Origin: Candidatus Binatia bacterium
GTDB lineage: Bacteria; Desulfobacterota; Binatia; UBA9968; JAJDTQ01
NCBI GenBank assembly: GCA_022823055.1
Contig: JAJDXX010000235.1
Location: 1,308 to 65,307, forward strand
Length of the DNA: 64,000 bases
Reading direction: 5' to 3'
This document shows, in pieces, positions 1 to 10,749 of the stretch. How positions within the stretch are numbered: position 1 is the stretch's first letter; every line of letters starts with the position of its first letter. Position numbers and translations under genes: made by a program. Below the pieces are notes generated by a model. That model did no database searches and was not told the origin of the DNA. It worked only from the letters and a program-made list of their open reading frames with translations.

Positions 1-580
1 CGCCGAAGAGATCGGTTTCCGTCTCGTCCTTGAAGGTGGTCTCGATGACCGCGGCGCGGGCGCCGCCGATGGCCGCGGCGTAGGCCAGACCCACGTCGCG
101 GGTGTCGCCGGACGGATCCTGCTGAATCGCCAGCAGGCACGGCACCCCCCTGCCGCGCTCGAACTCGCTGCGCACTAGGTGACCGGGACCCTTGGGCGCC
201 ACCATGAAGACGTTCACGTCCGCGGGCGGCACCACGCGCTTGAAGTGGATGTTGAAGCCGTGGCCGAAGGCCATGTAGTTTCCGGGCTTGAGATTGGGCT
301 GGATCACCTCTTGGTAGACGCCCCCCTGGAGCTCGTCCGGCAACAGCACCATCACCACGTCCCCCGCCGCCGTCGCTTCCGCCGTCTCCATCACCGTGAG
401 ACCCGCGTCCGCGGCCTTGGCCCAGGAGGCACTGTCGCGCCGCAGACCCACCACCACGTCGACGCCGGAGTCGCGCAGATTGGTGGCGTGCGCGTGTCCC
501 TGGCTGCCGTAGCCGAGCACCGTGACCTTGCGGTCGCGGATCCGGCTCAGATCCGCGTCCTGGTCATAATAGACTTGCAT
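1..580 (-). CDS. ilvC: Ketol-acid reductoisomerase, N-terminal ~193 codons (3' end lies beyond the window start)
   Basis: Minus-strand ORF open at the window edge, so it is absent from the track. ATG at 580-578 is preceded by GGGAGG. Translation [47 protein letters not shown]... is the IlvC Rossmann N-terminus. Lies downstream of ilvB-ilvN. Confidence 0.93.
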   Translation of the reverse strand, partial: MQVYYDQDADLSRIRDRKVTVLGYGSQGHAHATNLRDSGVDVVVGLRRDSASWAKAADAGLTVMETAEATAAGDVVMVLLPDELQGGVYQEVIQPNLKPGNYMAFGHGFNIHFKRVVPPADVNVFMVAPKGPGHLVRSEFERGRGVPCLLAIQQDPSGDTRDVGLAYAAAIGGARAAVIETTFKDETETDLFG

Positions 581-618
581 GACTGACCTCCCTGATTGGC
601 GCTGGTCGGGGCAACCCG

Positions 619-1101
619 TTACAGAGCGTCGCGCGCGATGGCGATCCGGCCGGTGCGGACGATCTCCTTGATGCCCATGGGCTTCAGGCGATTGATCACC
701 GCCTGGATCTTGCCGGCGTCTCCCGACACCTCGAACGTGTAGGTCTGCGGGGTCGAATCGACGATGTTGGCGCGGAAGATCTCCGCGATGCGGATGGCTT
801 CGTCCCGCTGTTGTGCCTGCTTGGTGAGGATCTTGATGAGCGCCGTTTCCCGCTCGATGTGATCCTCTTCGGTCAGGTCGACGACCTTGAGAACCTCAAT
901 GACCTTGTTGAGCTGCTTCATGATCTGTTCGATGATGACCTCGTCCCCCGAAGTCACCACCGTGATCATGGACACCGTGGCGTCCGGCGTGGGCGCCACG
1001 GAGAGGCTTTCGATATTGTAGCCGCGGGCGCTGAACAGGCCCGCCACGCGCGCGAGCACACCCGGGTTGTTCTCGACCAGGACCGAAATCACATGTTCCA
1101 T
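619..1101 (-). CDS. ilvN: Acetolactate synthase small (regulatory) subunit
   Basis: Inner start [35 protein letters not shown]... (ACT domain) inside track ORF 619..1845. 160 aa. ATG lies 11 nt after the ilvB stop. Confidence 0.93.
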   Translation of the reverse strand: MEHVISVLVENNPGVLARVAGLFSARGYNIESLSVAPTPDATVSMITVVTSGDEVIIEQIMKQLNKVIEVLKVVDLTEEDHIERETALIKILTKQAQQRDEAIRIAEIFRANIVDSTPQTYTFEVSGDAGKIQAVINRLKPMGIKEIVRTGRIAIARDAL

Positions 1102-1112
1102 GCACGCAACCC

Positions 1113-2888
1113 TTACGCCGGCAGAACGGCGTCCGCATCCTCTCCCTTTTTCCGCGAGGGCTTGCGCGCGGTCTTCAGTTGCGGCGGGTCCTCCAGCACC
1201 ATCTCGTGCTGCGCCCCGCCGGCCGGGATCATCGGATAGCAGTTCTCGAACCGGTCGATGGCGAAGTCCATCATCACCGGACCCTTGTGCTTCAACCCTT
1301 CCTTGAGCACCGCCTCGACGTCCGCCGGCTCCTCGGAGCGCAGCCCGAGGATGCCGTAGGCCTCGGCGAGCTTGACGAAATCGGGAGTGTTGCCCAAGTC
1401 GCTGGAAGCGTAGCGCCCTTCGTAGAAGAGGTCCTGCCACTGACGCACCATCCCGTGGAACTGGTTGTTGAGCAGGATGATCTTCACCGGCAGCTTGTAG
1501 ATGGCCGCCACCGCCAGCTCCTGGAGATTCATCTGGAAGCTGCCTTCGCTGGTGATGCACAGCACGGTCTTGTTGGGATACGCCTTCTGCGCGCCGATGG
1601 CGGCGGGGAACCCGAAGCCCATGGTGCCGAGCCCGCCCGACGTGAGGAAGGTACGCTGGAGGCCGCTCTTGAAGTACTGCGCCGCCCACATCTGGTGTTG
1701 GCCCACGTCGGTGACCACGATGGCCTTGTGCTTCGTCAACTCGTACGCCTTGTCGATAACATACTGCGGCTTGGTCTGCTTCTTGCCCTCCTGCTGGTAC
1801 GCCAGCGGATGCTCCGCGGACCACGCGTTCACCTGCTTGAGCCACGGCCGGCGCTGCGCCTTGACGCTGGTGGGATTGCCGTCCATGGAGCTCAAGACCT
1901 GCACCAGCTCCTTCAGCACCACCTTGACGTCACCCACGATGGGAATGTGCGCGTGGACGTTCTTCTTGATCGACGTGGGATCGATATCGATGTGGATCAC
2001 GCGCGCGCGCGGCGAGAACTCGGACAGCTTCCCCGTCACCCGGTCGTCGAAGCGGGCACCCACGGCGATGAGGAGATCGGCCTCGTGCATGGCCATGTTG
2101 GCGCAATAGGTGCCGTGCATGCCCAGCATGCCCATGCACAGCGGATGGGTGCCGGGGAACGAGCCCAACCCCATCACCGTCATGGTCACCGGGATCTGGG
2201 TCAGGTCCGCCAGCTCGCGCACCTCGTTGGCCGCGCCCGAGAACACCGCGCCGCCGCCCACGTAGATCACCGGCCGCTTGGCCTTGAGGATCTCGCCGGC
2301 CGCCTGCTTGATCTGGAAGCGGTTGCCGGAGACCGTCGGTCGGTAACCCCTGAGCGAGACCTTGTCGGGATAATGGAACTCGGCGGACTCCGTGGTGACG
2401 TCCTTGGGGATGTCCACCAGGACCGGGCCGGGGCGGCCGGTGTTGGCGATGTAGAAGGCCTCCTTGATGACCGTGGCGAGGTCCTTGACGTCCTTCACCA
2501 GCACGTTGTGCTTGGTGCAGGGACGGCTGATGCCGATGTTGTCCGCTTCCTGGAAGGCGTCGTTGCCGATAAGGCTGGTGGGGACCTGCCCGGTGAACGC
2601 CACCAGCGGCACCGAATCCATCATGGCATCCGCCAGCCCGGTGACGATGTTGGTCATGCCCGGCCCCGAGGTCACCAGCGCCACGCCCGCCTTGCCCGTG
2701 GCCTTGGCGTGGCCCTCGGCCATGTGTATCGCGCCCTGCTCATGCCGGGTCAGGACAACCTCGACGTCGTTCTGCTGGTGCAGGACGTCAAACAGCTTGA
2801 GGACCACTCCGCCAGGGATGCCGAAAATGGTTTTCACTCCCTCGCACTTGAGCGACTCCACAAATATTTCCGACCCGGTCAACTTCAT
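1113..2888 (-). CDS. ilvB: Acetolactate synthase large (catalytic) subunit, ThDP-dependent
   Basis: 591-aa ORF. Motifs ...TSGPGMTNIVTGLADAMMDSVP... and ...GGLGTMGFGFPAAIGA... Operon position upstream of ilvN/ilvC. Confidence 0.95.
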   Translation of the reverse strand: MKLTGSEIFVESLKCEGVKTIFGIPGGVVLKLFDVLHQQNDVEVVLTRHEQGAIHMAEGHAKATGKAGVALVTSGPGMTNIVTGLADAMMDSVPLVAFTGQVPTSLIGNDAFQEADNIGISRPCTKHNVLVKDVKDLATVIKEAFYIANTGRPGPVLVDIPKDVTTESAEFHYPDKVSLRGYRPTVSGNRFQIKQAAGEILKAKRPVIYVGGGAVFSGAANEVRELADLTQIPVTMTVMGLGSFPGTHPLCMGMLGMHGTYCANMAMHEADLLIAVGARFDDRVTGKLSEFSPRARVIHIDIDPTSIKKNVHAHIPIVGDVKVVLKELVQVLSSMDGNPTSVKAQRRPWLKQVNAWSAEHPLAYQQEGKKQTKPQYVIDKAYELTKHKAIVVTDVGQHQMWAAQYFKSGLQRTFLTSGGLGTMGFGFPAAIGAQKAYPNKTVLCITSEGSFQMNLQELAVAAIYKLPVKIILLNNQFHGMVRQWQDLFYEGRYASSDLGNTPDFVKLAEAYGILGLRSEEPADVEAVLKEGLKHKGPVMMDFAIDRFENCYPMIPAGGAQHEMVLEDPPQLKTARKPSRKKGEDADAVLPA

Positions 2889-2900
2889 CGTTTTCTCCCC

Positions 2901-3128
2901 TCAACTCGCCGACTTGTACTTGCCGAGAATCTGCATGATCTTGTCCTTGCCGACGAGCTTCAGTTTCTGGATGCGCTTCTTCTCCATCTCCTCTTCGGGC
3001 GACAGGTAACCCTTGTCATGCAAGTCCCCCAGCAGACGCTCGTACTCGAGATGTTCTTCGTAGTATTTGCGCAGTTCCGGGTCCTTGTCCATGACGGAAG
3101 CAATCATCTGCTCCTCTCTTTCCTCCAT
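2901..3128 (-). CDS. DUF465 (YdcH-like) small coiled-coil protein
   Basis: 75-aa ORF MEEREEQMIASVMDKDPELRKYYEEHLEYERLLGDL...LSPEEEMEKKRIQKLKL, typical of the DUF465 family. Ends 12 nt before the ilvB start. Confidence 0.7.
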   Translation of the reverse strand: MEEREEQMIASVMDKDPELRKYYEEHLEYERLLGDLHDKGYLSPEEEMEKKRIQKLKLVGKDKIMQILGKYKSAS

Positions 3129-3221
3129 GTCGCGACCTCCTGATCGAAGAATTGGGACAAGTTACCAAATTTATCCAACGGCCGTTTCCTTGTCAACGCG
3201 AAACGGTCCGCCGGAGCGTGG

Positions 3222-3968
3222 TCAGGGCTGTCCCGCGGCGCCGCGGGCGGCGCTCGCCACCGCGTCGGGCGGGCGGATGTAGCGCGGCGCCAGCGAAGCG
3301 GCGGCGGTCTCCGGCGCGGCGCCGTACCCGGCTTCGGCAAGGCGCGCCACGGCGGCCGCGACGGAGGCATATTCGGTCCCGTCGCTCACGCGGGCGCGGG
3401 CCGCGCCGCACCGGGTGATCACGTCGGCGTAGGCCCGGGCGCCGCTCCCCAGGTAGAGGCACGAACCCGCCGCCGCTGACTCCACGCGCCGGACCATGGC
3501 CTCGGGCGCCGCCAGGGAATCCTCGATGAGGCACTCGAAGTCCGCCGCCGTGCGCCGGAAGAGGGCGGCGTAGACCTCGCCCTTGCGCGCGTCGATCATG
3601 GAACAGACGTAGACGGGGTCCTTTTCCGCCGGCACCCGGTATGCCGAGGCCTCCAGGGTGCGCACACCGAGCACCGGGATCTCCGAGCCGTACACCAGCC
3701 CCTTGGCCGTGCTGATGCCGATACGCAGCCCGGTGAACGAGCCCGGTCCCACGGCCACGCCCAGGAGCGAGAGGCTCGAGAACGTTGCGCCGGCGGCGTC
3801 GAGCACCTCTTCGATGAGCGGCAGCAGACCCTCGGCGTGGTTCGAGCGGCCAGGCCGCCGGTCACGCGGGCGCACCGACTCCCGCGCGCGCTCCGCCACC
3901 AACGCGCCGCCGTCCAGGACCGCGGCGCTCAGCAGCGCCGTCGAGGTGTCGAGTCCGAGTACTCTCAT
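3222..3968 (-). CDS. tsaB: tRNA threonylcarbamoyladenosine biosynthesis protein TsaB
   Basis: Last 248 codons of track ORF 3222..5273, starting MRVLGLDTSTALLSAAVL... Contains ...GPGSFTGLRIGISTAKGL... (YeaZ/TsaB fold). Confidence 0.85.
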   Translation of the reverse strand: MRVLGLDTSTALLSAAVLDGGALVAERARESVRPRDRRPGRSNHAEGLLPLIEEVLDAAGATFSSLSLLGVAVGPGSFTGLRIGISTAKGLVYGSEIPVLGVRTLEASAYRVPAEKDPVYVCSMIDARKGEVYAALFRRTAADFECLIEDSLAAPEAMVRRVESAAAGSCLYLGSGARAYADVITRCGAARARVSDGTEYASVAAAVARLAEAGYGAAPETAAASLAPRYIRPPDAVASAARGAAGQP

Positions 3969-3979
3969 CGCCGCGCCGG

Positions 3980-5053
3980 TCAGCCGAAAAGCCGCGCCAG
4001 ATCGTTGTAGAACGCGTACACCATGACGAAGAGCAACAGCACCAGGCCGAACTGCTGCGCCCGTTCCCGCTGCCTCGCCTCCAGGGGTCTTCCGCGCATG
4101 GCCTCGATGAAGAAGAACAGCAGGTGACCGCCGTCCAGCATGGGAATGGGCAGCAGGTTGAGCACGCCGAGGTTGATGCTCAGGAGCGCCACCAGGAACA
4201 GGTAGTTGGCCAAACCCCGCTGGGCCTGCTCCCCCGCCACCTGCGCGATCATCAGCGGGCCGCCGAGATTGGTGGAGTCGACCCGGCCCACCACCATCTT
4301 GACCAGCACCTCGACGGTGAGCAGCGTCATCTCCACGGTGCGCGTCACCGCCAGCCACGCCGCGGTCAGCGGGTTGGGCCGGTCCACCTCCACGGTGCCC
4401 GCGCTCTGGATGCCGATGAGCCACACCTCCTCGGTCTCGCCCAGGATATTGGGCGCCTGTCCCGCGGTGGGGCGCAAGGAGACCATGAACTCCCGTCCCT
4501 CCCGCGCCACCCCCAGCTCCAGTGCGCGGCCGCCGCTCTCCCGAACCGCGCGCGACAACGCGTCCCACGAACGGATGGGGCGGTCGCCGACCATGACGAC
4601 GCGGTCGCCGGCCTGGAGCCCGGCCGAGGCCGCGGGCGAACCCGGCTGGACGCCGCCGATCTCCGCCGTGCGGTAGGGGACGCCGAAAATGACGAAGACC
4701 AGCAGGAAGACCGCCACGGCCAGGACGAAGTTCGCCCCGGGGCCGGCCGCTACGATGGCGGTGCGGGCCGCCAGGCTTCGCTGGGAAAAGGACCGGTCCG
4801 GGTCCGCGTCGAGGACCTCGTCCCGCGGGTCCTCGCCCATCATCCGGACGTACCCGCCCAACGGAAAGGCGCTGATGCAGTATTCCGTTTCGCCGTAGCG
4901 GCGCACCAGGACCTTGGGGCCGAAGCCGATGGAGAAGGTGAGCACGCCCACGCCGGCCTTCTTGGCCACGAGGAAATGCCCCAGCTCGTGGAGGAACACC
5001 AGCACGCCGAACGCCACTACGGCGGCCGCGATCATGTAGACGACGTCGATCAA
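3980..5053 (-). CDS. rseP: RIP metalloprotease RseP (site-2 protease)
   Basis: HELGHF zinc motif, a PDZ region and the NLLPIPMLDGGH motif. TTG at 5053-5051 overlaps the dxr stop (cattga). The first ATG, at 5035, is the alternative start. Confidence 0.9.
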   Translation of the reverse strand: MIDVVYMIAAAVVAFGVLVFLHELGHFLVAKKAGVGVLTFSIGFGPKVLVRRYGETEYCISAFPLGGYVRMMGEDPRDEVLDADPDRSFSQRSLAARTAIVAAGPGANFVLAVAVFLLVFVIFGVPYRTAEIGGVQPGSPAASAGLQAGDRVVMVGDRPIRSWDALSRAVRESGGRALELGVAREGREFMVSLRPTAGQAPNILGETEEVWLIGIQSAGTVEVDRPNPLTAAWLAVTRTVEMTLLTVEVLVKMVVGRVDSTNLGGPLMIAQVAGEQAQRGLANYLFLVALLSINLGVLNLLPIPMLDGGHLLFFFIEAMRGRPLEARQRERAQQFGLVLLLFVMVYAFYNDLARLFG

Positions 5054-6216
5054 TGGGCCGACCCGTTGCGCTGCACGAGGTCCTCGGCGAACGCCCGCGC
5101 CCAGCGGTCGGCCTCCAGGACCTGCTCCAGGCGCCGCGGCCGGACCGGCTCGTGGGAGGCGATGGTCTCCCGGCTGATCTCGTGGATGCGGCGAAAGCCG
5201 ATGCGCCCTTCCAGGAAAGCCGACACCGCCACCTCGTTGGCGGCGTTGAGGACGGGGGGAACGGTGCCACCACGGGCGAGCGCGCCGTAGGCGATGTCCA
5301 GGGCGGGATAGCGCGGGCCTTCCACGTCCATGAAGGTGAGCTGGCCGCCCTGGGTCAGGTCGAGCGGCGACAGCCCGGTGTCGAGCCGTTCCGGGTACGA
5401 CAGGGCGTAGGCGATGGGGATGCGCATGTCGGGAATCCCGAGCTGCGCCATGACCGCGCCGTCGCGGTAGCGCACCATGGAGTGGACGATGCTCTGGGGA
5501 TGGATCATCACCTCCACGCGCTCCGCGGGCAGGCCGAAGAGCCAGCGCGCCTCGATGACCTCCAGTCCCTTGTTCATCATGGTGGCGGAATCGATGGTGA
5601 TCTTCGGCCCCATCTTCCACGTGGGATGCTCCAGCGCCTGACCGACGCTGACCTCCGGCAGTTGACCGAGCGGCGTGCGCAGGAACGGACCGCCCGAGGC
5701 GGTGAGGATGATCTTGTCCACGTCTTTCCGGCGGTTCCCTTCGAGGCACTGGAACACCGCGCTGTGCTCGCTGTCCACCGGCAGGAGGCGCACGCCGCGC
5801 TTGCGCGCCTCGTGCACGAAGAGTTCCCCGGACATCACCAGGGCTTCCTTGTTGGCCAGTCCCACGTCCTTGCCGGCCTGCACCGCGGCGAAGGTCGGCA
5901 CCAGGCCGGCGCCGCCCACGATGGCCGCGAGCACGAAGTCTGCGGTGGGCTCGGTGGCCGCGGCCACGGCGCCGTCCTCGCCGTACACGATCTCGGTCCG
6001 GCGCCGCCCGATGAGCTTGCGCAACGCATCCACGTCACCGCGTTCCGTGACGCTGACGATGCGCGGGGCGAACTCCGCCACCTGCTCCGCCAGCAGGTCC
6101 AGGTTGCGTCCGGCCACGAGCCCGCTGACCTTGAACCGGCGCTTGAACGTGCGGATCACGTCCAGGGCGTTGACCCCGATGGTCCCGGTGGAACCGAGGA
6201 TGACGATGCGTTTCAT
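5050..6216 (-). CDS. dxr: 1-deoxy-D-xylulose-5-phosphate reductoisomerase
   Basis: 388 aa. MKRIVILGSTGTIGVNALDV..., ...LANKEALV..., ...PVDSEHSA... Confidence 0.96.
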   Translation of the reverse strand: MKRIVILGSTGTIGVNALDVIRTFKRRFKVSGLVAGRNLDLLAEQVAEFAPRIVSVTERGDVDALRKLIGRRRTEIVYGEDGAVAAATEPTADFVLAAIVGGAGLVPTFAAVQAGKDVGLANKEALVMSGELFVHEARKRGVRLLPVDSEHSAVFQCLEGNRRKDVDKIILTASGGPFLRTPLGQLPEVSVGQALEHPTWKMGPKITIDSATMMNKGLEVIEARWLFGLPAERVEVMIHPQSIVHSMVRYRDGAVMAQLGIPDMRIPIAYALSYPERLDTGLSPLDLTQGGQLTFMDVEGPRYPALDIAYGALARGGTVPPVLNAANEVAVSAFLEGRIGFRRIHEISRETIASHEPVRPRRLEQVLEADRWARAFAEDLVQRNGSAH

Positions 6217-6218
6217 GG

Positions 6219-6989
6219 TTAAAGCAACCGCAGACAGTAGGTGCTCACGACACCCGGAAAGACGAGGCTGTCAAGCCGGTCCATCAGGCCGCCGTGACCC
6301 GGCAGGATGCTGCCCGAGTCCTTGGCGGCGAACCCACGCTTGATGAGCGACTCGAACAGGTCGCCGACCTGCGCGATGACGGCGATGGCCGGGGAAAGCC
6401 AAAGCAAGTGCGCCCACGGCAACGCCAGCAGCCACGCCCCCGATACCCATCCGGCCAGCGCGCCCGCCACGGTGGCGGCGATGGCGCCCTCCACCGTCTT
6501 TCCCGGACTGATTGAAGGATACAACTTTCTCCGGCCCACGGCCACACCGGCGAAGTAGGCGGCGCTGTCACTGCAGAACACCACGATCAACACCCACAAC
6601 ACCCACTCGTAGCCGCCGCGGTAAAGGACGATGAAGTGGGGGAACAGGTAGCCCAGGTAGAAGGCGCCGGCCAGGGCCAGGCCGAGGTGGCGGTAACGTT
6701 CCTCCGCCGCGCCCCCGATAAAGACGAACGCGGCGAACAGGAGCGCCATGATCAGCGGCAGCAGGCTCGACAGACCGGGCGCAACCAGGGTGAGGGAAAA
6801 CAGCATGCCGGCCGCCACTCCGGTGAGACGCACCTCCCGGTGAGCGGGGAAGACCATGCGGAAGTATTCGTAAAGGGCAACGAGGGCGAGGGCTTCGACG
6901 AACAGCGCGAACAGCCAGACGCGGTCCGCGACGACGATTCCGACGACGAAGGGGATTCCGACCAGTGCGGTCAGTACGCGGGCGCGCAT
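6219..6989 (-). CDS. cdsA: Phosphatidate cytidylyltransferase
   Basis: Multi-TM protein with the CDS signature ...SLIKRGFAAKDSGSILPGHGGLMDRLDSLVF. ATG at 6989. The track ORF begins at an upstream TTG (7007). Confidence 0.9.
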   Translation of the reverse strand: MRARVLTALVGIPFVVGIVVADRVWLFALFVEALALVALYEYFRMVFPAHREVRLTGVAAGMLFSLTLVAPGLSSLLPLIMALLFAAFVFIGGAAEERYRHLGLALAGAFYLGYLFPHFIVLYRGGYEWVLWVLIVVFCSDSAAYFAGVAVGRRKLYPSISPGKTVEGAIAATVAGALAGWVSGAWLLALPWAHLLWLSPAIAVIAQVGDLFESLIKRGFAAKDSGSILPGHGGLMDRLDSLVFPGVVSTYCLRLL

Positions 6990-7018
6990 CTGCGTAACCC
7001 CATGCAAGTGTCCACGGG

Positions 7019-7762
7019 TCAGCCCCGCAGGATCTGCTCGTCGGTCTTGCCGAATCGACGTTGGCGCCTCTGGAACTCCAGCAACGCCTCGATGTACTGA
7101 CGCTTGGAGAAGTCAGGCCACAGCGTCGGGGTGATGTAGAGCTCCGTGTAGGGTATCTGCCAAAGGAAGAAATTGCTGATGCGCATCTCTCCGCTGGTGC
7201 GGATCAAGAGGTCCGGATCGGGTATGCACCCGGTCTCCGTATGGGCCGCCACCAGGGATTCGTCGATCTCGGGAAGGTCGTACTCCCCTTCCTTCACCTT
7301 GCGGGCGATGTCCCGGACCGTCCTGACGATGTCGTCACGACCGCTGTAGCTCAACGCCAGGATGACGGTGATGGCGGTGTTGTGGCGCGTGAGGTCTATG
7401 TTCTGGTCCAGCACCCGGCGCACCGACACGGGCAGGCGTTTGCGGTCGCCGATGGCCATGAGCCGGATGCCCTCGCGCATCATGCGCTCCCGCTCGCACT
7501 CCAGGTAGCTCTCCAGCAACGCCATCAACCCCTCCACCTCATCGTGCGGGCGGTTCCAGTTTTCCGAGGAGAACGCGTACAGGGAAAGGTAGCGAATGCC
7601 CAGGTCGCGGCTCAATTCCACCGTGGCACGCACCGCGGCCGTACCCTCCCGGTGGCCTTCCAGACGACTCTTGCCGCGCAGCCTGGCCCAGCGTCCATTG
7701 CCGTCCATGATGATCGCGACATGAGTGGGGAGCCGGCTCTTTTCCAGCCCGTGGAGATTCAT
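7019..7762 (-). CDS. uppS: Isoprenyl transferase (undecaprenyl diphosphate synthase)
   Basis: 247 aa. ...HVAIIMDGNGRWA..., ...LSLYAFSSENWNRP... Confidence 0.95.
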   Translation of the reverse strand: MNLHGLEKSRLPTHVAIIMDGNGRWARLRGKSRLEGHREGTAAVRATVELSRDLGIRYLSLYAFSSENWNRPHDEVEGLMALLESYLECERERMMREGIRLMAIGDRKRLPVSVRRVLDQNIDLTRHNTAITVILALSYSGRDDIVRTVRDIARKVKEGEYDLPEIDESLVAAHTETGCIPDPDLLIRTSGEMRISNFFLWQIPYTELYITPTLWPDFSKRQYIEALLEFQRRQRRFGKTDEQILRG

Positions 7763-7819
7763 TGTGAAGACCCGAAAGGTGGCAGCCCGGGGGCTGCACC
7801 AGTGCCGTGTCCCACGACA

Positions 7820-8377
7820 CTAAACCTCCATGATCTCCTCTTCCTTGGCCTTGAGGAACCCGTCCACCTTGCCGACGAAATCCGTGGTGATCTTCTGGAT
7901 GCGGTCCTGGCCGTGCTTGACGTCGTCCTCGGTGATCTCCTTGCCCTTCTGCATCGACTTCAGCTCTTCGATGGCGGCGCGCCGATGGTTGCGCACGGAG
8001 ACCCGGTACTCCTCCGCGGTCTTGCGCACCTGCTTCACCAGGTCCTTGCGCCGCTCCTCGCTGAGCTCCGGAATCGGCACCCGGATGAGCTGACCGTCGT
8101 TGGCGGGGGTGAGGCCCAGATCCGCCTTGAGAATGGCTCTTTCGATGCCGGCGATGGCGCTGCGATCATAGGCCTGGATCGTCACCAGCCGAGGCTCGGG
8201 CACGGCGACGGTGGCGATCTGGTTCAAGGGCGTCTGGGTGCCGTAGTATTCCACCACGACCCCGTCGAAGAGAGAGGCCGAAGCCCTGCCGGTGCGCACC
8301 CGTCCCAACTCCTTGCGCATGGCCGCCAGGGTGGTCTCCAGGTCGTCCTGAAAAGCCTGAAAGAAGACATCGTCCAT
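7820..8377 (-). CDS. frr: Ribosome recycling factor
   Basis: 185 aa. ...LGRVRTGRASASLFDGVVVEYYG..., ...IRVPIPELSEERRKDLVK... Confidence 0.96.
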   Translation of the reverse strand: MDDVFFQAFQDDLETTLAAMRKELGRVRTGRASASLFDGVVVEYYGTQTPLNQIATVAVPEPRLVTIQAYDRSAIAGIERAILKADLGLTPANDGQLIRVPIPELSEERRKDLVKQVRKTAEEYRVSVRNHRRAAIEELKSMQKGKEITEDDVKHGQDRIQKITTDFVGKVDGFLKAKEEEIMEV

Positions 8378-8399
8378 CTGTCACCACCTACGGACCTGG

Positions 8400-9131
8400 T
8401 TACCCGGTTCCCATGCTCACCAGGGTGCCGATGGGCTGGCCGCTGACCACCTTGCGTATGTTGCCCCGTTCCATGACGTTGAAGACGATGATGGGAAGCC
8501 GGTTGTCCATGCAGAGCGAGATGGCGGTCGAGTCCATCACCTTGAGCTCCTTGCTGAGCACCTCCATGTGGGTCAACTCGCGGAAGAGCTTCGCCTCGTG
8601 ATTCTTCAGCGGATCGGTGTCGTATACGCCGCGCACCTTGGTGGCCTTCAGGATCACCTCGGCGCCCACCTCCATGGCGCGCAGGCTGGCGGTCGTGTCC
8701 GTGGTGAAGAAGGGGTTGCCGGTGCCGCCCGCCAGAATCACGACGCGGCCCTTCTCCAGGTGCCGCACGGCGCGCCGGCGAATGTACAGCTCGGCCACCT
8801 GTCGCATCTCGATCGCCGACATCACCCGCGTGGAGACGCCGATCTTCTCGAGCGCGTCCTGCAGCGCCATGCTGTTGATGACCGTGGCGAGCATGCCCAT
8901 GTAGTCGGCGCTGGCCCGGTCGATGCCGTGTTCGCTCGCCTCGGCGCCACGCAGGATGTTGCCGCCGCCGATAACCAGGGCCATCTCGCAGCCCAGCTCG
9001 TGGACCTCCCGAATCTCCTCCACGAACCGCGCGACGGTGGCTGGATCGATGCCGTACTGGCGTTCTCCCGCGAGAACCTCCCCCGTGATCTTCAGAATGA
9101 CTCGCCTGTATCTCAGCTCCGCGTCCGTCAT
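8400..9131 (-). CDS. pyrH: UMP kinase
   Basis: 243 aa. ...[13 protein letters not shown]..., ...[10 protein letters not shown]..., ...[15 protein letters not shown]... Confidence 0.96.
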   Translation of the reverse strand: MTDAELRYRRVILKITGEVLAGERQYGIDPATVARFVEEIREVHELGCEMALVIGGGNILRGAEASEHGIDRASADYMGMLATVINSMALQDALEKIGVSTRVMSAIEMRQVAELYIRRRAVRHLEKGRVVILAGGTGNPFFTTDTTASLRAMEVGAEVILKATKVRGVYDTDPLKNHEAKLFRELTHMEVLSKELKVMDSTAISLCMDNRLPIIVFNVMERGNIRKVVSGQPIGTLVSMGTG

Positions 9132-9162
9132 TCGATGGGACCCTGGTGAATGCTGGCGGCCT

Positions 9163-9768
9163 CTAGTCCTTCATCCCTTCGCCGACCGAGTAGCGGACGA
9201 AACGCCGAACGCGGATGTTCTCCCCCAAGCGCGCGACGGCGTCCTGGATCAGGTCCTTCACGCGGCGGGTGGGTTCCTTGATGAAGGCCTGCTCCATGAG
9301 GCACGCGTCCTCGTAGAAGCGCTCCATCTTGCCGTCAACGATCTTGTCCAACACGGCCGCGGGCTTGTTGAGCTCCTCGGCCTGCTGCCGGTAAATGGAC
9401 CGTTCCCGATCCAGCTCCTCTTCGCCGACGTCCTCGCGTTGTACGTAACGCGGGTTGGCCGCGGCGATCTGCATCGAGATGTCCTTCACCAGCGCCTGGA
9501 ACTCCTCCGTCCGGGCCACGAAGTCGGTCTCGCAGTTCACCTCCAACAGAACCCCGATCTTGCTGCCGCCGTGGATGTACGCACCCACCAGGCCTTCGCT
9601 GGCCTCGCGCTCCGACTTGCGCGCCGCCAGCGCGAGCCCCTTCGCCCGCAGATGGTCCACGGACTTCTCGAAGTCACCCTCGCATTCCAGGAGGGCCTTC
9701 TTGCAGTCCATGAAACCCGCGCCGGTCTTATCTCGCAGCTCCTTGACTAGACTCGCGTCGATGGCCAT
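9163..9768 (-). CDS. tsf: Translation elongation factor Ts (short, ~200-aa form)
   Basis: [41 protein letters not shown]... (UBA-like N-terminus). Lies downstream of rpsB. Confidence 0.95.
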   Translation of the reverse strand: MAIDASLVKELRDKTGAGFMDCKKALLECEGDFEKSVDHLRAKGLALAARKSEREASEGLVGAYIHGGSKIGVLLEVNCETDFVARTEEFQALVKDISMQIAAANPRYVQREDVGEEELDRERSIYRQQAEELNKPAAVLDKIVDGKMERFYEDACLMEQAFIKEPTRRVKDLIQDAVARLGENIRVRRFVRYSVGEGMKD

Positions 9769-9774
9769 GCTCTC

Positions 9775-10749
9775 TCAACTCCCAACCACGGTAGCGTCCG
9801 TGGACTTCTCTCCGTCCGCATTCTCCTGAACTTCCTCGACCGCCGGCGCTGCCGGCGACGACTCGGGGGCCGCCGCCTGCTCCGCCGCGCCCGGTTCGGC
9901 TGGTGCTTGCGCCGGCGGCGCTTCCGGAGACGGCTCCGCCACCGCTTCGTCCGCCGCGGATTCGCCGGCCGCTTCGTCTCCGGCCGACTCGCCTTCCTCC
10001 GCTTCCTCGGCCCGGGCGGCTTCCTCGGCGCGCGCGGCTTCGGCCTCCATGCGCGCTTGGTCGCCGAGCGCCTGGCCCTCTCTCACCGCCTCGGCCATCA
10101 GGCTGCAGAACAGCCGGATGGCGCGTATGGCGTCGTCGTTGCCGGGTATCTTGTAATCCACCAGATCCGGATCGCAGTCGGTGTCGATGATCGCGATCAC
10201 CTTGATGCCGAGCTTGCGCGCCTCGCGCACCGCGATGGCTTCATGCCCGGGATCGATGATGAACACAGCGTCCGGCAGCTTCTTGATGTCCTTGATGCCG
10301 CCCAGGGCGCGCTCCAGCTTGGCGCGCTCGCGGCTGTGGGCGAGCATTTCCTTCTTGGTGAGGGCCTCGACGATCTTGGGATCGTTGGCCATCTCCTCGA
10401 GTTTCTTGAGGCGTTCGATGCTCTGACGCACGGTCTGGAAGTTCGTCAACGTGCCGCCCAGCCAACGATGGTGGACATAGGACATGCCGCAGCGTTCGGC
10501 TTCTTCCCTCACCGAGTCCTGCGCCTGCTTCTTGGTGCCCACGAAAAGGATGTGGCCTCCGGCCGTGATCAAGTCGCGCACCTGGGCGCAAACGTCCTTG
10601 ACCATCTTCACCGTCTGCTGGAGGTCGATGATGTGAATCCCGTTGCGCGCCCCGAAAATGTAGGGCTTCATCTTGGGATTCCAGCGACTGGTCTGGTGCC
10701 CGAAATGGACCCCGGCTTCCAGAAGCTGCTTCATGGATATTTCCATCAT
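9775..10749 (-). CDS. rpsB: 30S ribosomal protein S2 with a ~75-aa Ala/Glu/Pro-rich C-terminal tail
   Basis: [33 protein letters not shown]... aligns with the S2 N-terminus. The tail is ...[31 protein letters not shown]...[13 protein letters not shown]... Confidence 0.96.
   Translation of the reverse strand: MMEISMKQLLEAGVHFGHQTSRWNPKMKPYIFGARNGIHIIDLQQTVKMVKDVCAQVRDLITAGGHILFVGTKKQAQDSVREEAERCGMSYVHHRWLGGTLTNFQTVRQSIERLKKLEEMANDPKIVEALTKKEMLAHSRERAKLERALGGIKDIKKLPDAVFIIDPGHEAIAVREARKLGIKVIAIIDTDCDPDLVDYKIPGNDDAIRAIRLFCSLMAEAVREGQALGDQARMEAEAARAEEAARAEEAEEGESAGDEAAGESAADEAVAEPSPEAPPAQAPAEPGAAEQAAAPESSPAAPAVEEVQENADGEKSTDATVVGS

Noticed and set aside
1179-3143. 654-aa plus-strand ORF covering the ilvB locus
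   Set aside because: Antisense to a textbook ThDP-enzyme gene. The translation is Arg/His/Leu/Asp-rich with no recognisable family. This is a typical GC-rich shadow ORF.
3222-5273. 683-aa minus-strand ORF as one protein
   Set aside because: Only the last 248 codons are TsaB. The upstream part is an out-of-frame overlap of rseP, which has clear HELGH/PDZ motifs in its own frame.
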